This document shows positions 25,318 through 36,269 of a stretch of 64,000 nt of DNA, in pieces. The position numbers were made by a program, and so were the translations under genes. The stretch covers positions 1-64,000 of the forward strand of contig CAWHDZ010000038.1 in the NCBI GenBank assembly GCA_963828255.1, in the 5' to 3' direction. The notes under the pieces are model-generated. The model was not told the origin of the DNA. It did no database searches and saw nothing but the letters and a program-made list of their open reading frames with translations. This DNA is from an uncultured delta proteobacterium. GTDB taxonomy: Bacteria > Myxococcota > Myxococcia > Myxococcales > Anaeromyxobacteraceae. Numbering within the stretch: position 1 is the stretch's first letter; every line of letters starts with the position of its first letter.

Positions 25318-25779
25318 GTGCGCATCCGCCTCCTCTCGGTCGGCAAGGACCGTTCCGGCCTCTACGCCCCGGCGGTGGAGGAGTATGCGAAGCGCATCTC
25401 CCGCTACGTGAAGTTCTCCGTCGAGGAGGTGCCGGAGGCACGCAAGGCCGCCGGGACGCCCCGGGCCCGGGACGAGGAGGGGGCCTCGCTCCTCGATCGC
25501 ATTCCCGAGGGGGAGCGCCTGGTCCTGCTCGACGAGCGGGGCAAGGAGCAGGACAGCCTCGCCTTCGCCCGTCGGGTCGGCGCCTGGGTGGAGGGAGCAC
25601 GGGACGTGACGCTCGTCATCGGCGGATCCGACGGCCACGGCGATGCGGTCCGGGCCCGTGCCGCAGAGACCCTCTGCCTCTCGCGCCTCACGCTGGCCCA
25701 CCGGCTGGCCCGGCTCGTGCTCGTCGAGCAGATCTACCGGGCCTTCACCATCCTGCGCGGGGAGCCATACCACAAGTGA
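25318..25779 (+). CDS. rlmH: 23S rRNA (pseudouridine1915-N3)-methyltransferase
   Basis: LDERGK, IGGSDG, LSRLTLAH and EQIYRAFTIL.GEPYHK motifs. Confidence 0.96.
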   Translation: MRIRLLSVGKDRSGLYAPAVEEYAKRISRYVKFSVEEVPEARKAAGTPRARDEEGASLLDRIPEGERLVLLDERGKEQDSLAFARRVGAWVEGARDVTLVIGGSDGHGDAVRARAAETLCLSRLTLAHRLARLVLVEQIYRAFTILRGEPYHK

Positions 25780-25827
25780 ATGTCGCGCCCCCGGGCGGCC
25801 GGTTGGCCCGGGTCTGGCAGGGTCCGG

Positions 25828-25851
25828 CAAGGGAACCCGCGAGTTCCCTTG
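25828..25851. other. Perfect 9-bp inverted repeat between rlmH and gpmI (hairpin or operator)
   Basis: CAAGGGAAC-ccgcga-GTTCCCTTG; no long U tract follows. Confidence 0.4.
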
Positions 25852-25922
25852 AAGCCCCGGCGACCGTCGCCTAGGCTCTTCCTTCCATTCCGGGCGCGCC
25901 CGCCGCGCCGAGCGAGGTTCAA

Positions 25923-27473
25923 TTGCCCAAGGTGAAGCCCGTCCTCCTCGTCGTCCTCGACGGCTGGGGAATCCGCGTCGAGCGCGAAGCCAACGCCATC
26001 GCCCTCGCCGGCACGCCGAACATGGACGCGCTGGTGAAGGAATACCCGTCGGCCGCGCTGCGGACCTCGGGTCTCGCCGTCGGACTGCCCGACGGGCAGA
26101 TGGGCAACTCCGAGGTCGGCCACACCAACCTGGGCGCCGGGCGGATCGTCTACCAGGACCTGGTGCGCATCAACCGGTCCATCGAGGACGGCTCCTTCTT
26201 CCAGATCCCGGCGCTGCTCGAGGCGGTTCGCAAGGCCAAGGCGGCGGGCGGCGCGGTCCACCTCATGGGGCTCGTCTCCGACGGAGGCGTGCACAGCCAG
26301 GAGGGGCACCTGCTGGCGCTCCTCGAGCTGGCCCGGCGCGAGGGGGTGGCGAAGACCTACGTGCACGCCTTCCTCGACGGCCGCGACACCCCGCCGAAGA
26401 GCGGGCTCGGCTACGTGCAGGTCCTCGAGAACCGCATGAAGGAGAGGGGATACGGCCGGGTCGCGACGGTCATGGGGCGCTTCTACGCCATGGACCGCGA
26501 CAAGCGCTGGGACCGGGTGAAGGAGGCCTTCGACGCCATGGTCCGCTCGCAGGGATTCAAGGCCACCTCCGGCGTGAATGCGGTGGAGCAGGCCTACGCC
26601 CGCGGCGAGACCGACGAGTTCGTGAAGCCCACCGTGGTGGTGAACGGGGGAGGGGAGCCGGTGGCGCGGGTGAAGGACGGCGACGCGCTCGTCTTCTTCA
26701 ACTTCCGCGCCGACCGGGCCCGCGAGATCACCCGCGCCTTCATGCAGGCCGACTTCAAGGACTTCGACGCCCCGGCCCGGCCGCGTCTCTCGGCCTTCGC
26801 AGGCATGGCCCAGTACGACGAGACCTTCGACCTGCCGTCCGCCTTCCCCCCCGAGCAGCCCACCGAGATCTTCCCGGAGATCGTCTCCCGGGCGGGCTTG
26901 AAGCAGCTCCGCTGCGCCGAGACCGAGAAGTACGCCCACGTCACCTTCTTCTTCAACGGCGGGAGGGAGACGGTCTTCCCCGGCGAGGACCGGATGCTCG
27001 TTCCCAGCCCGCGCGACGTGAAGACCTACGACGAGAAGCCGGAGATGAGCGCCCGCGAGGTCACCGACAAGGTGGTCGAGGCGGTCAAGTCCAGGCGCTA
27101 CGGCTTCATCCTCGTCAACTACGCCAACCCCGACATGGTGGGCCACACCGGAAGGCTCGATGCGGCGATCCAGGCGGTGAAGGTGGTGGACGGCTGCATC
27201 GGCCGGCTCTGGGCCGCGGCGAAGGAGGCCGGCATGGCGCTGCTCGTCACCGCCGACCACGGCAACTGCGAGATGATGGTGGACCCCGTCACCGGCGAGC
27301 CCCACACCGCGCACACGCTGGGTCCGGTGCCCTTCATCCTGGCCGATCCGGACCTGCGCGGCGCGAAGCTCAGGCAGGACGGGGTGCTGGCCGACGTGGC
27401 CCCCACGGCCCTCCAGATCCTCGGGCTCCCCCAGCCGAAGGAGATGAAGGGACTCGGACTCCTGGTGAAGTGA
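25923..27473 (+). CDS. gpmI: 2,3-bisphosphoglycerate-independent phosphoglycerate mutase
   Basis: LDGWG, GQMGNSEVGH, ETEKYAHVTFFFNGG, DMVGHTG and TADHGN motifs. Confidence 0.97.
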   Translation: MPKVKPVLLVVLDGWGIRVEREANAIALAGTPNMDALVKEYPSAALRTSGLAVGLPDGQMGNSEVGHTNLGAGRIVYQDLVRINRSIEDGSFFQIPALLEAVRKAKAAGGAVHLMGLVSDGGVHSQEGHLLALLELARREGVAKTYVHAFLDGRDTPPKSGLGYVQVLENRMKERGYGRVATVMGRFYAMDRDKRWDRVKEAFDAMVRSQGFKATSGVNAVEQAYARGETDEFVKPTVVVNGGGEPVARVKDGDALVFFNFRADRAREITRAFMQADFKDFDAPARPRLSAFAGMAQYDETFDLPSAFPPEQPTEIFPEIVSRAGLKQLRCAETEKYAHVTFFFNGGRETVFPGEDRMLVPSPRDVKTYDEKPEMSAREVTDKVVEAVKSRRYGFILVNYANPDMVGHTGRLDAAIQAVKVVDGCIGRLWAAAKEAGMALLVTADHGNCEMMVDPVTGEPHTAHTLGPVPFILADPDLRGAKLRQDGVLADVAPTALQILGLPQPKEMKGLGLLVK

Positions 27474-27474
27474 G

Positions 27475-28101
27475 ATGGGCGGGGCGCTTTCGGCCTTCGG
27501 CGGGGCGCTCCTCGATCTCGTCTTCCCTCCGCGTTGCCCGGCCTGCGGTGAGGACCCGCTTCCGCAGTCTCCGTTCTGCGCCACCTGCGACGGGGCCGTC
27601 AATCCCTGGCCGGAGGCGCCGGACGGGATCCAGGCCGGCGCGCTCTTCGGGGGGCCCATCGCCGACGCCGTCCACGCCCTCAAGTACGGCGGACGCCCCG
27701 AGGCAGCCGGCCCCCTGGGGCGCTGGCTCGCCAGCAGGGTCCAGGTTCCCGTGTGCGCAGCGGTGGTCTGGGTGCCCCTGGGGCGGCGCAGGCTCGTCGC
27801 GCGCACCTACGACCAGGCCATGCTGCTCGCCGCCGCCTTCGCCCGGGCGGCGGGCCGCCCCGTCCTCCGCGGCGCCCTTCACCGGGTGCGGGAGACACCG
27901 CCGCAGGTGGGGCGGGATCGCGCCACCCGGGCCCGCAACGTGGCCGGCGCCTTCGCCGCCTCGCGGGGCGTGACCGGGCGCGATCTGGTGCTCGTGGACG
28001 ACGTGGTCACCACCGGGGCCACCGTGGACGCGGCGTCGCTGGCGCTGCGGAGCGCGGGGGCCAGATCGGTGGCCGTCGTGGCGCTCGCCCGGGCGGAGTG
28101 A
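27475..28101 (+). CDS. comF: ComF family protein
   Basis: FPPRCPAC...CATC zinc ribbon, LKY and LVDDVVTTGAT PRTase motif. Confidence 0.85.
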   Translation: MGGALSAFGGALLDLVFPPRCPACGEDPLPQSPFCATCDGAVNPWPEAPDGIQAGALFGGPIADAVHALKYGGRPEAAGPLGRWLASRVQVPVCAAVVWVPLGRRRLVARTYDQAMLLAAAFARAAGRPVLRGALHRVRETPPQVGRDRATRARNVAGAFAASRGVTGRDLVLVDDVVTTGATVDAASLALRSAGARSVAVVALARAE

Positions 28102-28157
28102 CGGATCCGCCGGCGATCCGCGGAATTCCTCGGCCCTTCCGGAGGTAGACTCCACCC

Positions 28158-31100
28158 GTGCCGGCATTCGCCCTCCTCCTCCCCCTGGCGCTCCTCGCCG
28201 CCGGGTCGCCACTCCCCGTGGCCGTGCCCGACCCGCAACTGGCCGCTTTCGAGCAGGCCTCGGCCGAGCTTCGCCGCGCCACGCCGACCCCGCCGCCATC
28301 TCGCCGCTGCTCCGGCTCCGGGAACTCGAGCCGGTCCTCCCCGATCTCGGGAAGGCTGCTGCGGTCTACCGGTCCGTCGCCGACGACCCGCGCGCCCACG
28401 CCGAGGTGAGGTCGCTCGCCCGCTGGTACCTGGCCGGGGTCGAGGAGTCCCGCGGCAACCGGGATCGGGCGAGGGAGGAGCGGCGGCGGCTGGGACTCCT
28501 CCAGGGCTGGTGGATCGCCGGCCCGTTCGACAACGAGGGGCGGGCGGGCTTCGCGCGCGCCTTCCCGCCCGAGACATCCATCGACCTCGAGACCCGCTTC
28601 CCCGGGAAGGTGCGCGAGGTGGGGTGGCGGGCGCTCCCGCCCGAGCTCGAGTGGTCCGGCATCGCGAACCTCGGCACGGCGGTCCGACCCCAGCACGAGG
28701 CAGTGGTCTACGCGCTGGCGGTGCCGGAGGTGGCCCGGGAGCAGCGGGCCAGGCTCTGGATCGGCGCGAGCGGGGCGGTCCGGGTCTGGGTGAACGGCGT
28801 GAAGGTCCTGGAGGACGCTGCCTACCACCCGGCCAGGCTCGACCAGGCCGCGGTGGAGGTCACGCTCCGCAGGGGGCCGAACCGCATCCTCGTGAAGCTG
28901 GCCCAGGACAGGGGCGAGATGGCCATCGCGGTCCGGCTCACCGATCTCCGCGGCGCGCCCGTCGGCGTGGTTCCGGCGCGGATGCCCCCCTTGCCGCCGC
29001 TCCAGGCCGGCCCGGCGCCGCGTCCCGTCCCGGTCCCCTCGCTCGTCTCGGCGCTCTCGGCGCGAGCCGCGAAGGCGAAGGGAGCGGCCGAGGGGAGGGC
29101 CCGAATGGACCTCGCGGCCGCGCTCGGCGAGAAGCTTTCCGAGGACATGGCCGAGCACGCCGCCTCACGCGAGGCGCGCCGGGCGGCGGAGCTCCTGCCG
29201 GGCGACGCGGGAGCCCAGCTGCTGGCCGCGCGGCTGGAGGACCAGGACTTGAACCGGCGCCGGGAATTCCTCGAGGGCGCGCTCCGCGCCGAGCCGGGGA
29301 ACCCGGTGGCCCGCCTGGCGCTCGCCGAGGAGGAGCTGCGTCGGGGGAGGGCGCACGAGGCGGTCCGAAGGCTTGGGTCCATCGTCGAGGCCTGGCCGGC
29401 CTGGGTTGCCCCGCGGGCCACGCTGGCGCAGGCCTGGGAGCAGGTCGGGTACCAGTCGCGCGGGCAGGTGGAGCTCCTGCGGCTCGCCGAGGAGTTCCCC
29501 GCCCAGCCCGGCGCCGTCGAGCTCGCTGCCCGGACCGCAAGGCAGCTCGACCGGACCGAGGAGGCCATGGCCGGGTACCGGAAGCTGCTCTCGCTCCGGG
29601 CCGACGACGCCCAGGCGCGGTCGACGCTGGTGTCGCTGCACCTGCGGCGCGGCGAGCTCGACCAGGCCTTGTCCGTGCTCGACGCCGCCGTTGGCCTTTC
29701 CCCCGGCGATCCCTTCCTCCGCCTGCGGCGCGCCGACCTGCTCGCCGCCAACGGACGCTCCGAGGAGGCCGAGGCCGACTACCTGGCGGCGGCGCGGCTG
29801 TCGCCCGACGAGGCGGAGGTGCACGAGCGGCGCGGCCGGCAGCTCCTGCGCGACGGGCGGCGCAGCGAGGCCCTGTCCGTTCTCCAGCTCGCGCTCGACC
29901 TCCGGCCGCAGAGCACCCAGCTGAAGGACCTCGTCCGGCAGCTCGAGCCGGCGCAGGAGCGGTTCGAGACGCCCTACCTGGTGGACGCCGCCGCGCTCGC
30001 GAAGGCGCCGCCGCCCCGGCGGGGGGACGAGGACCTGGCCATCCTCTCCGAGACCAAGGTGACGCGGGTCCACCCCTCGGGGCTCTCCTCCACCTATCTC
30101 CAGCTCGTCGCCAGGGCCGACACGCCCCGCGGCGTCGAGGCGCTGCGCGCCCACCCCATCGGCTACGTTCCGGGGCGCCAGGACATCCGGGTGGAACGGG
30201 CCCGGGTCTGGAAGCCGGACGGGTCGGTGGTGGAGACCCACCAGGAGTCGGACCGCAGCACGAGCGAGCCCTGGTACCGGCTCTACTACGACACCCGGGT
30301 CCGGCAGGTGGTGGTGCCGGCGCTGGCGCCCGGCGACGTGCTCGAGCTCTCCTGGCGCGTGGACGACGTGGCCGGCGAGAACCTGCTCTCCGACTACTTC
30401 GGCGAGATGGTCTCGTTCACCGACACGGTCCGCAAGGAGAGGATGGACTACGTCCTGCTCGCCCCGGCCTCGCGCCCCATCCACGCCGGCGATCCGGTGC
30501 TCCCCCGCATGTCACGGACAGTGAAGGACCTCCCCGGAGGGATCCGCGAGTACCGCTGGACGGCCACCGACCTCCCCGGCCTCCTGCCCGAGCCGGGAAT
30601 GCCCGGGCCGGCCGAGTGGGCCGCCGCCGTCCACGTCTCGACCTACGCCTCCTGGGACGACGTGGCCCGGTTCTACGAGGGGCTGGTGCGCGAGCAGCTC
30701 CGCCCGGGGCCGGAAGTCCGCGCCGGGTCGGCCCGGATCGTGGCCGAGGTGCGGGCCAGGCCGGGGAACGCCGGACTGGGCGAGAAGGAGCTGCGCCGGG
30801 AGATCGTGAAGGCGGTCTACGACGAGGTGGTGACCGGGACCCGCTACGTCGGGCTCGAGTTCGGGATCCACGGCTTCAAGCCCTACCCGGTCGAGCAGGT
30901 CCTCACCCGGCGCTTCGGCGACTGCAAGGACAAGGCGAGCCTGATGCACGCCCTCCTCGAGGCGGCCGGCATCGACTCGCGCATCGTGCTGCTCCGCATG
31001 CGCCGGCTGGGGAACCTGCCGCCCGCGCCGGCCTCGCTGGCGGTCTTCAACCACGCCATCCTCCACGTGCCGGAGTTCGACCTCTGGCTCGACGGCACCG

Positions 31101-31861
31101 CCACCGGCTCCGGATCGCGGGAGCTGCCCGCCGAGGACCGCGGGGCCACCGTGCTCGTCATGAACCCCGGCGCCTCGCCGACCTTCCGGACCATCCCCGA
31201 GGCCGCGCCCGGCGACGACCGGGTCGCCACCGAGATCCGGGGCGTGCTCTCGGCCGACGGTTCGGCCACCGCCGACGGGTCCACCACGGTCACGGGGGTG
31301 CAGGCCCCCGACTTCCGGCGCGGATACCGGTCGGAGAGCGGCCGCCGGGCGGTGCTGGAGCGCGCCTTCGCCCGCACCTTCCCCGGGCTGCGGGTCGAGT
31401 CGGTGGAGACGAGCGACCTCTCCCGCATCGAGGACGACGTCACGGTCCGCTTCCGGCTCGCCGTGCCCAGGCTCGCCAGGCCCGACAACGGCGGCCTCTC
31501 CTTCGCCCCGTTCGGCCAGGGGCAGAGCTGGATGGAGAACTGGGCGCCCCTCTCGGAGCGACGGCACGACCTCGTCCTGCCGAGCGCCTTCGAGAACCAC
31601 TTCGTGCTGCGGTGGGAGTTGCCGGCAGGGATGGCCCCGGCCGGCCTGCCGGCTCCGGAGCGGCGCGAGAGCCCCTTCGGCTCCTGGACGGTCTCGCTCC
31701 GGTTGGAAGGCAACGTGCTGGTGGCCGACGGTTCACTCCGCGTCACGTCGAGGCGCATCTCCGCCGCCGACTACCCGGCCTTCCGGGAGTTCCTCTCCGG
31801 GGTGGACCGCGCGCTCCTGCGCACCGTCCGGCTGGTCGGCGCCGAGGGGAGGAAGCCGTGA
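28158..31861 (+). CDS. Large secreted PA14-like/TPR/DUF3857/transglutaminase-like protein, frameshifted near 28280
   Basis: Signal peptide at 28158, [12 protein letters not shown] repeats, [32 protein letters not shown] and WLDGT. Confidence 0.85.
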
Positions 31862-34800
31862 GCCTGGCCCGACGCACCGCCCCGGCGCTCCTCCTCCTCG
31901 CCCTGCTGGCCGGCGCGCCCGCGCGGGCGTGGTCCGCCGCGGACTCCTCCGGATTCGAGGCCTGGTTCACGCGCGGGGACCCGGACGGCGCCGCGGCCCG
32001 CTTCCGCGCCGACGCGGCGCGGGCCCCTTTCGACCCGTGGCCACTCCTCGGCGAGGCCATGCTGGCCGAGCGGTCGCTCGACGACGACGCCGAGGCCGCC
32101 GCGCTCCTGGCGCTGATCCAGGCGGCGCCTCGCCACCCGCTCGCGCTCGTGGCGTTGCGCCGTCTCGGAGAGCTCTCGCTCGGGTCGCCGCCCGTCGCCG
32201 ACCGGGTGGACGCAGCGCTCTCCGGGGCCCTCCAGGGCGGGCGGCTGCCCGGGATGGCCGCCTACCGGGCCCGGGTGGTCCGCGCCGCCATCGCCGAGAT
32301 GCGCGGCGCCTTCCCCGACGCGGCCCGCCTGCGCGGGGAGAACGGCGTGGCCGACGCCTGGACGCTGGCCGGCCCGTTCGGCGCCTTCCACGCACTCGAC
32401 CTCGACCGCCCCTTCCCGCCCGAGCAGGGCGCCTGGCCACCCGCCCTGGCCCGGCCGCTGCCGGCCCCCGACGGTGCGCTCTCGCTCGACGGCGAGTCCG
32501 GGCCCGGAGACGTCTGGTACGTGGCCGCAGACGCCTCCGTGGCGCGCGGCGGGCGCTACCTGCTCGCGGTCGGGACCACCGCGTCGGTGCGGGTCTTCCT
32601 GGACGGGCGCCCGGTGGCGGAGCGTCGCGCCTGGGCCGGCTGGCCGTCGGCGGTCCAGCTCGTGGAGGTCGAGCTCGTCCCGGGCGTCCACCGCTTCCTG
32701 GCCAAGCTCACCCGGGGCGGAGGACGGGCCAACCTGGCGGTCTCGCTGGCGCGCCACGACGGCGCCCCGGCCGACGTGACCTGGAGGGCGGCCACCGGGC
32801 CCGGACCAGCGGTGACGGCGGGCGCGCTCCCCGGACCGCTGCTGGGCGCGCGGGCGCTCTCCGATCTGCTCGAGCCGGAGGGAGGGGCTGCGGTGGCCCG
32901 GCTGGTGGCGGCGCGCGACCGGCTCGAGAACGACCGGCAGGCGGCGCTCGTCCTGCTCGACGAGGCCGCCGGGATCGCGCCGGCCGCCGCTCCCGTCCGG
33001 GCGGCACGGGGAGACGCACTCGCCGGCGATCCGACGCTGGCCGAGCGCACGGCGCGCGCCAGGGCGGAGGCCGAGTGGCGGGAGGCCTCCCGCATCGACC
33101 CGGGGGGCTCGGCCACCCGGCTCGTCCTCGCCGACGTCGCGCTGTCGGGGGGGCGGCTCGACGACGCCGAGGCGCTCCTGGCCGCGCTTCCGGAGAAGGC
33201 GGCGGCGCGGCCCAGGGCCCGGCTCACGCGTGCGCGCCTGCTCGCCGCGCGGAGCCACCCCGAGGCGGCGGAGAGCCTGGTGCTCGAGGCCTCGCGGGCG
33301 GGGAGCTGCGGCGCGGCGGCCGCCCTCGCCGAGATGGCGTCGCGGCGCGACGCGGTGGCGCTGGAGGAGGAGGCGGCCCTCGCGCTCGGGCGCTGCCCGG
33401 GCGGGGTGGAGCGGCTCGCCGAGCACCGCCGCATGCGGGGGGACCTCACCGGCGCGGCCGCGGCCTGGACCGCCATCGCCCGCGCCGGACCCGCCCGGAT
33501 CGACGCCCGCATTGCGCTTTCCCGCGTGCTCGTCGCCCAGGGGAACCCTGCGGCCGCGGTCGCCGAGATCGAGTCCCTGGCCCGGATCTGGCCCGGCGAC
33601 GCCCAGCTCCAGCGGCGCCTGGGGGAGCTGCTCGAGCTCTCCGGCCAGCCGGTCGCGGCCCGGGCGGCCCGGGAGCGCGCGCTTTCGATGGACGGATCGG
33701 ACCTCGGGCTGCGCCGCGCGCTCGCCCTCGAGGACGGGCGCGAGGTGCTGGCGGACCTCGCCGTGGACGGTCCGGCCACCATCCGCGCCTACGAGGAGGC
33801 GCGGGTCCCGGTCACCACGCCGGCCTCCCTGGTGCTCGACGCCGCCGCGGTGGAGGCCTGGCCCGACGGGTCCACCACCGAGCGGACCCACCAGGTGATC
33901 CACGTCCACGATGCACGGGGAGTGGAGAAGTGGGGCGAGGTGGAGCTCCCGGGCGGGGCCACCCTGCTCAAGCTCGAGACCCGCAAGCGCGACGGCCGGA
34001 TCCTCGAGCCGGAGGCCCACGGCGGCGACAAGCGCACCCTCTCGGCGGCCGGCCTCGAGCCGGGCGACTACCTGGAGGTGGAGTGGCTGCGCTCCCACCC
34101 GACCCGGCGGCCGGCCTCCCCGGGCTGGATCTCCGACCCGTTCTTCTTCCGCGGAGAGGACCTCCCGTTCTTCCTCTCCACCTACACGGTGGCCGCTCCG
34201 GCAGGGGCGCTGCAGGTGGACGCGAGGAACATGCCTCCGCCGCCGGTGGTCCGGGAGGGCAGCCGGGACGTCATGCGCGCCGAGGCGCGGCAGGCGGTGG
34301 CCCTCGTCCAGGAGCCGGGCTCGCCGGGCATCTCCGAGTTCGTGCCCATGGTGATGGTGGGCTCCGGGGAGGGGATCGACGGACTCGCGCTCTCCGCGGC
34401 CGACGCCTTCCTGGAGCGCATCCGCCCCGGGAGGGAGATCGAGGCCCTGGCCCGATCGCTCCGCTTCCCCGCCGGAGCGCCGCCGCGGACCGGCGAGGCG
34501 CTGCTGCGGGCCGCGCACCAGGCGGTGATGGAGAAGGTGGACGGGCACGGCCCGTTCACCGACCAGGCGAGCCACGTCCTGTCCCGCGGACGGGGAAACC
34601 GCACGCTGCTCCTGGTGGCGCTGCTCGACGCGCTCGCCATCCCGGCCCGGGTGGCGCTGGTGCGACCCTTCTACGTGGACCCGCAGCCCTGGCGCTTCCC
34701 GCGGCTCGACCTCTACTCGGTTCCGGTGGTGCGGGTCGAGGCTGATGGAAAGGTCTTCTGGATCGACCCGTCGGCCCGATGGGCGCCCTTCGGCGTCCTG

Positions 34801-35526
34801 CCGCCCGGCGCCCGCGACGCCGAGGCGCTCGTGCTGCCCCGCCCGGGAGAGACGCTGCGGCGCGAGCGGACGCCGGCGCTGCCGGCCCCCGACGGGAGCG
34901 CGGTGCTGCTCCGGATCCAGCTCGACGAGAAGGGCGACGCGGTCATCGAGGGGACCGAGACGTACGACGGGTTCGAGGGGGCGGGGGCCAAGGTGGCCAT
35001 CGAGCAGCTCGACCAGAACGGCCGGCGCCGCGCGGTCGAGCAGTCGCTCTCCCGGAGCTTCCGGTCGCTCCGGCTCGACGAGCTGCGCTTCGAGGGGGAG
35101 CGGGAGGTCGGGACGCCGTTCGTGATCCGGTACAGGGCCCGGGTGTCGGAGCTGGCGCGGACGTCGGGAGGGCGGCTGGTGGTGGAGGACGTGCCCTATC
35201 CGGCGCGGCTCGTGGCCCGCTTCGCGCCGCTCGCGGCCCGGGAGTCGCCGCTGCTCATCGGGGTCGGGGACCGGTCGGCGCTGCGCATCGAGGTGACGCC
35301 GCCGCCGGGGGAGACGCCGGTGGCCGGGGCGCCGGTGAAGGTGGAGGCGCCGCAGGGGAGCTTCGTGCGGGAGGAGCGGGTCGAGGGGGGGAGGCTGGTG
35401 CGGGAGGACCGGCTGGAATTGCGGCGGGCCAGGGTGGGGGTGGGGGAGTATCCGGGGTTCGCGAGGTGGGCGGCGGCGGTGGACGAGGCGCAGGCGTTGC
35501 CGATGGACGTGGGGGCGGGGAGGTAG
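31858..35526 (+). CDS. Paralogous large TPR/DUF3857/transglutaminase-like protein lacking the catalytic Cys
   Basis: GTG overlaps the upstream stop; signal peptide, WTLAGPF, TPRs, [18 protein letters not shown] replaces GDCKD. Confidence 0.8.
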   Translation: MSLARRTAPALLLLALLAGAPARAWSAADSSGFEAWFTRGDPDGAAARFRADAARAPFDPWPLLGEAMLAERSLDDDAEAAALLALIQAAPRHPLALVALRRLGELSLGSPPVADRVDAALSGALQGGRLPGMAAYRARVVRAAIAEMRGAFPDAARLRGENGVADAWTLAGPFGAFHALDLDRPFPPEQGAWPPALARPLPAPDGALSLDGESGPGDVWYVAADASVARGGRYLLAVGTTASVRVFLDGRPVAERRAWAGWPSAVQLVEVELVPGVHRFLAKLTRGGGRANLAVSLARHDGAPADVTWRAATGPGPAVTAGALPGPLLGARALSDLLEPEGGAAVARLVAARDRLENDRQAALVLLDEAAGIAPAAAPVRAARGDALAGDPTLAERTARARAEAEWREASRIDPGGSATRLVLADVALSGGRLDDAEALLAALPEKAAARPRARLTRARLLAARSHPEAAESLVLEASRAGSCGAAAALAEMASRRDAVALEEEAALALGRCPGGVERLAEHRRMRGDLTGAAAAWTAIARAGPARIDARIALSRVLVAQGNPAAAVAEIESLARIWPGDAQLQRRLGELLELSGQPVAARAARERALSMDGSDLGLRRALALEDGREVLADLAVDGPATIRAYEEARVPVTTPASLVLDAAAVEAWPDGSTTERTHQVIHVHDARGVEKWGEVELPGGATLLKLETRKRDGRILEPEAHGGDKRTLSAAGLEPGDYLEVEWLRSHPTRRPASPGWISDPFFFRGEDLPFFLSTYTVAAPAGALQVDARNMPPPPVVREGSRDVMRAEARQAVALVQEPGSPGISEFVPMVMVGSGEGIDGLALSAADAFLERIRPGREIEALARSLRFPAGAPPRTGEALLRAAHQAVMEKVDGHGPFTDQASHVLSRGRGNRTLLLVALLDALAIPARVALVRPFYVDPQPWRFPRLDLYSVPVVRVEADGKVFWIDPSARWAPFGVLPPGARDAEALVLPRPGETLRRERTPALPAPDGSAVLLRIQLDEKGDAVIEGTETYDGFEGAGAKVAIEQLDQNGRRRAVEQSLSRSFRSLRLDELRFEGEREVGTPFVIRYRARVSELARTSGGRLVVEDVPYPARLVARFAPLAARESPLLIGVGDRSALRIEVTPPPGETPVAGAPVKVEAPQGSFVREERVEGGRLVREDRLELRRARVGVGEYPGFARWAAAVDEAQALPMDVGAGR

Positions 35527-35527
35527 G

Positions 35528-35772
35528 GGAGTCGGAGTCGGAGTCGGAGTCGGAGTCGGAGTCGGAGTCGGAGTCGGAGTCGGAGTCGGAGTCGGAGTCG
35601 GAGTCGGAGTCGGAGTCGGAGTCGGAGTCGGAGTCGGAGTCGGAGTCGGAGTCGGAGTCGGAGTCGGAGTCGGAGTCGGAGTCGGAGTCGGAGTCGGAGT
35701 CGGAGTCGGAGTCGGAGTCGGAGTCGGAGTCGGAGTCGGAGTCGGAGTCGGAGTCGGAGTCGGAGTCGGAGT
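35528..35772. repeat. Perfect hexanucleotide tandem array (GGAGTC)x40 plus GGAGT
   Basis: Counted directly; 245 bp, starting 2 nt after the TAG at 35524-35526. Confidence 0.97.
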
Positions 35773-35780
35773 TCGTGTTC

Positions 35781-35914
35781 CGGCTCCCTTTCGGGTGGGG
35801 CCTGCCTGGAGGCGCACGCCCCGCGCCAGCCCGCGGTCCTTCGCGTGTGGATCCCGCGTCGGGCTGTCACGGCGCCTGCGCCGGATGGGGCAAACCCCAC
35901 CCGCAAAGGAGCCG
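35781..35914 (+). ncRNA. Predicted rod-like structured leader occluding the RBS of the four-helix-bundle gene
   Basis: 35781-35800 pairs with 35895-35914 (18/20 identity to the reverse complement); nested GGCGCA/TGCGCC, CGCC/GGCG, CAGCCCG/CGGGCTG and TCC/GGA stems. Confidence 0.6.
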
Positions 35915-35917
35915 CAG

Positions 35918-36241
35918 ATGGCCTTCATCGCATTCGAAACCTCGCTCGAGCTCATCCGGTCGCTGGACGAACCGCTCACCATCCTCGACCGGCGCGACAC
36001 GGACCTCGCCAGGCAGCTGAGGCGCGCAGCGGCCTCGGTCTCCCTGAACCTCAGCGAAGGCAATCGGCGCAACGGCAAGGACCGCATCCACCTGTGGCGG
36101 GTGGCTGCCGGAAGCGCGGACGAGGTCGCCGCTGGCCTGCGCGTCGCGGAGGCCTTCGGCTACCTGCAGGCCACCGCCATCGCGAAGTCCCTCGCGCTCA
36201 CCGACCGCCTGCTGGCGATCATCTGGAGCCTGACGCATTGA
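35918..36241 (+). CDS. Four helix bundle protein (23S rRNA IVS-protein / bAvd-like family), 107 aa
   Basis: AAGGAG RBS; hallmark [19 protein letters not shown]...AAGSADE...AFGY motif. Confidence 0.9.
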   Translation: MAFIAFETSLELIRSLDEPLTILDRRDTDLARQLRRAAASVSLNLSEGNRRNGKDRIHLWRVAAGSADEVAAGLRVAEAFGYLQATAIAKSLALTDRLLAIIWSLTH

Positions 36242-36245
36242 CGGA

Positions 36246-36269
36246 CCGTCTCCGTCTCTGCCTCCGTCA
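36246..36269. repeat. Degenerate hexamer repeats (CCGTCT-like x4), inverted relative to the GGAGTC array
   Basis: CCGTCT CCGTCT CTGCCT CCGTCA, compared with CCGACT as the reverse complement of the array unit. Confidence 0.55.

Noticed and set aside
28510..31857. N-terminal half of the 2338-aa ORF
   Set aside because: Alternative frame of the first transglutaminase gene; the real second gene starts at GTG 31858.
34779..36087. Poly-ES, poly-PT and poly-RL proteins read through the hexamer array
   Set aside because: By-products of a stop-free repeat; the flanks overlap real genes out of frame and lack credible starts.
35528..36241. Complete diversity-generating retroelement or 23S rRNA intervening sequence
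   Set aside because: No reverse transcriptase, template/variable repeat pair or rRNA sequence was seen in the window.
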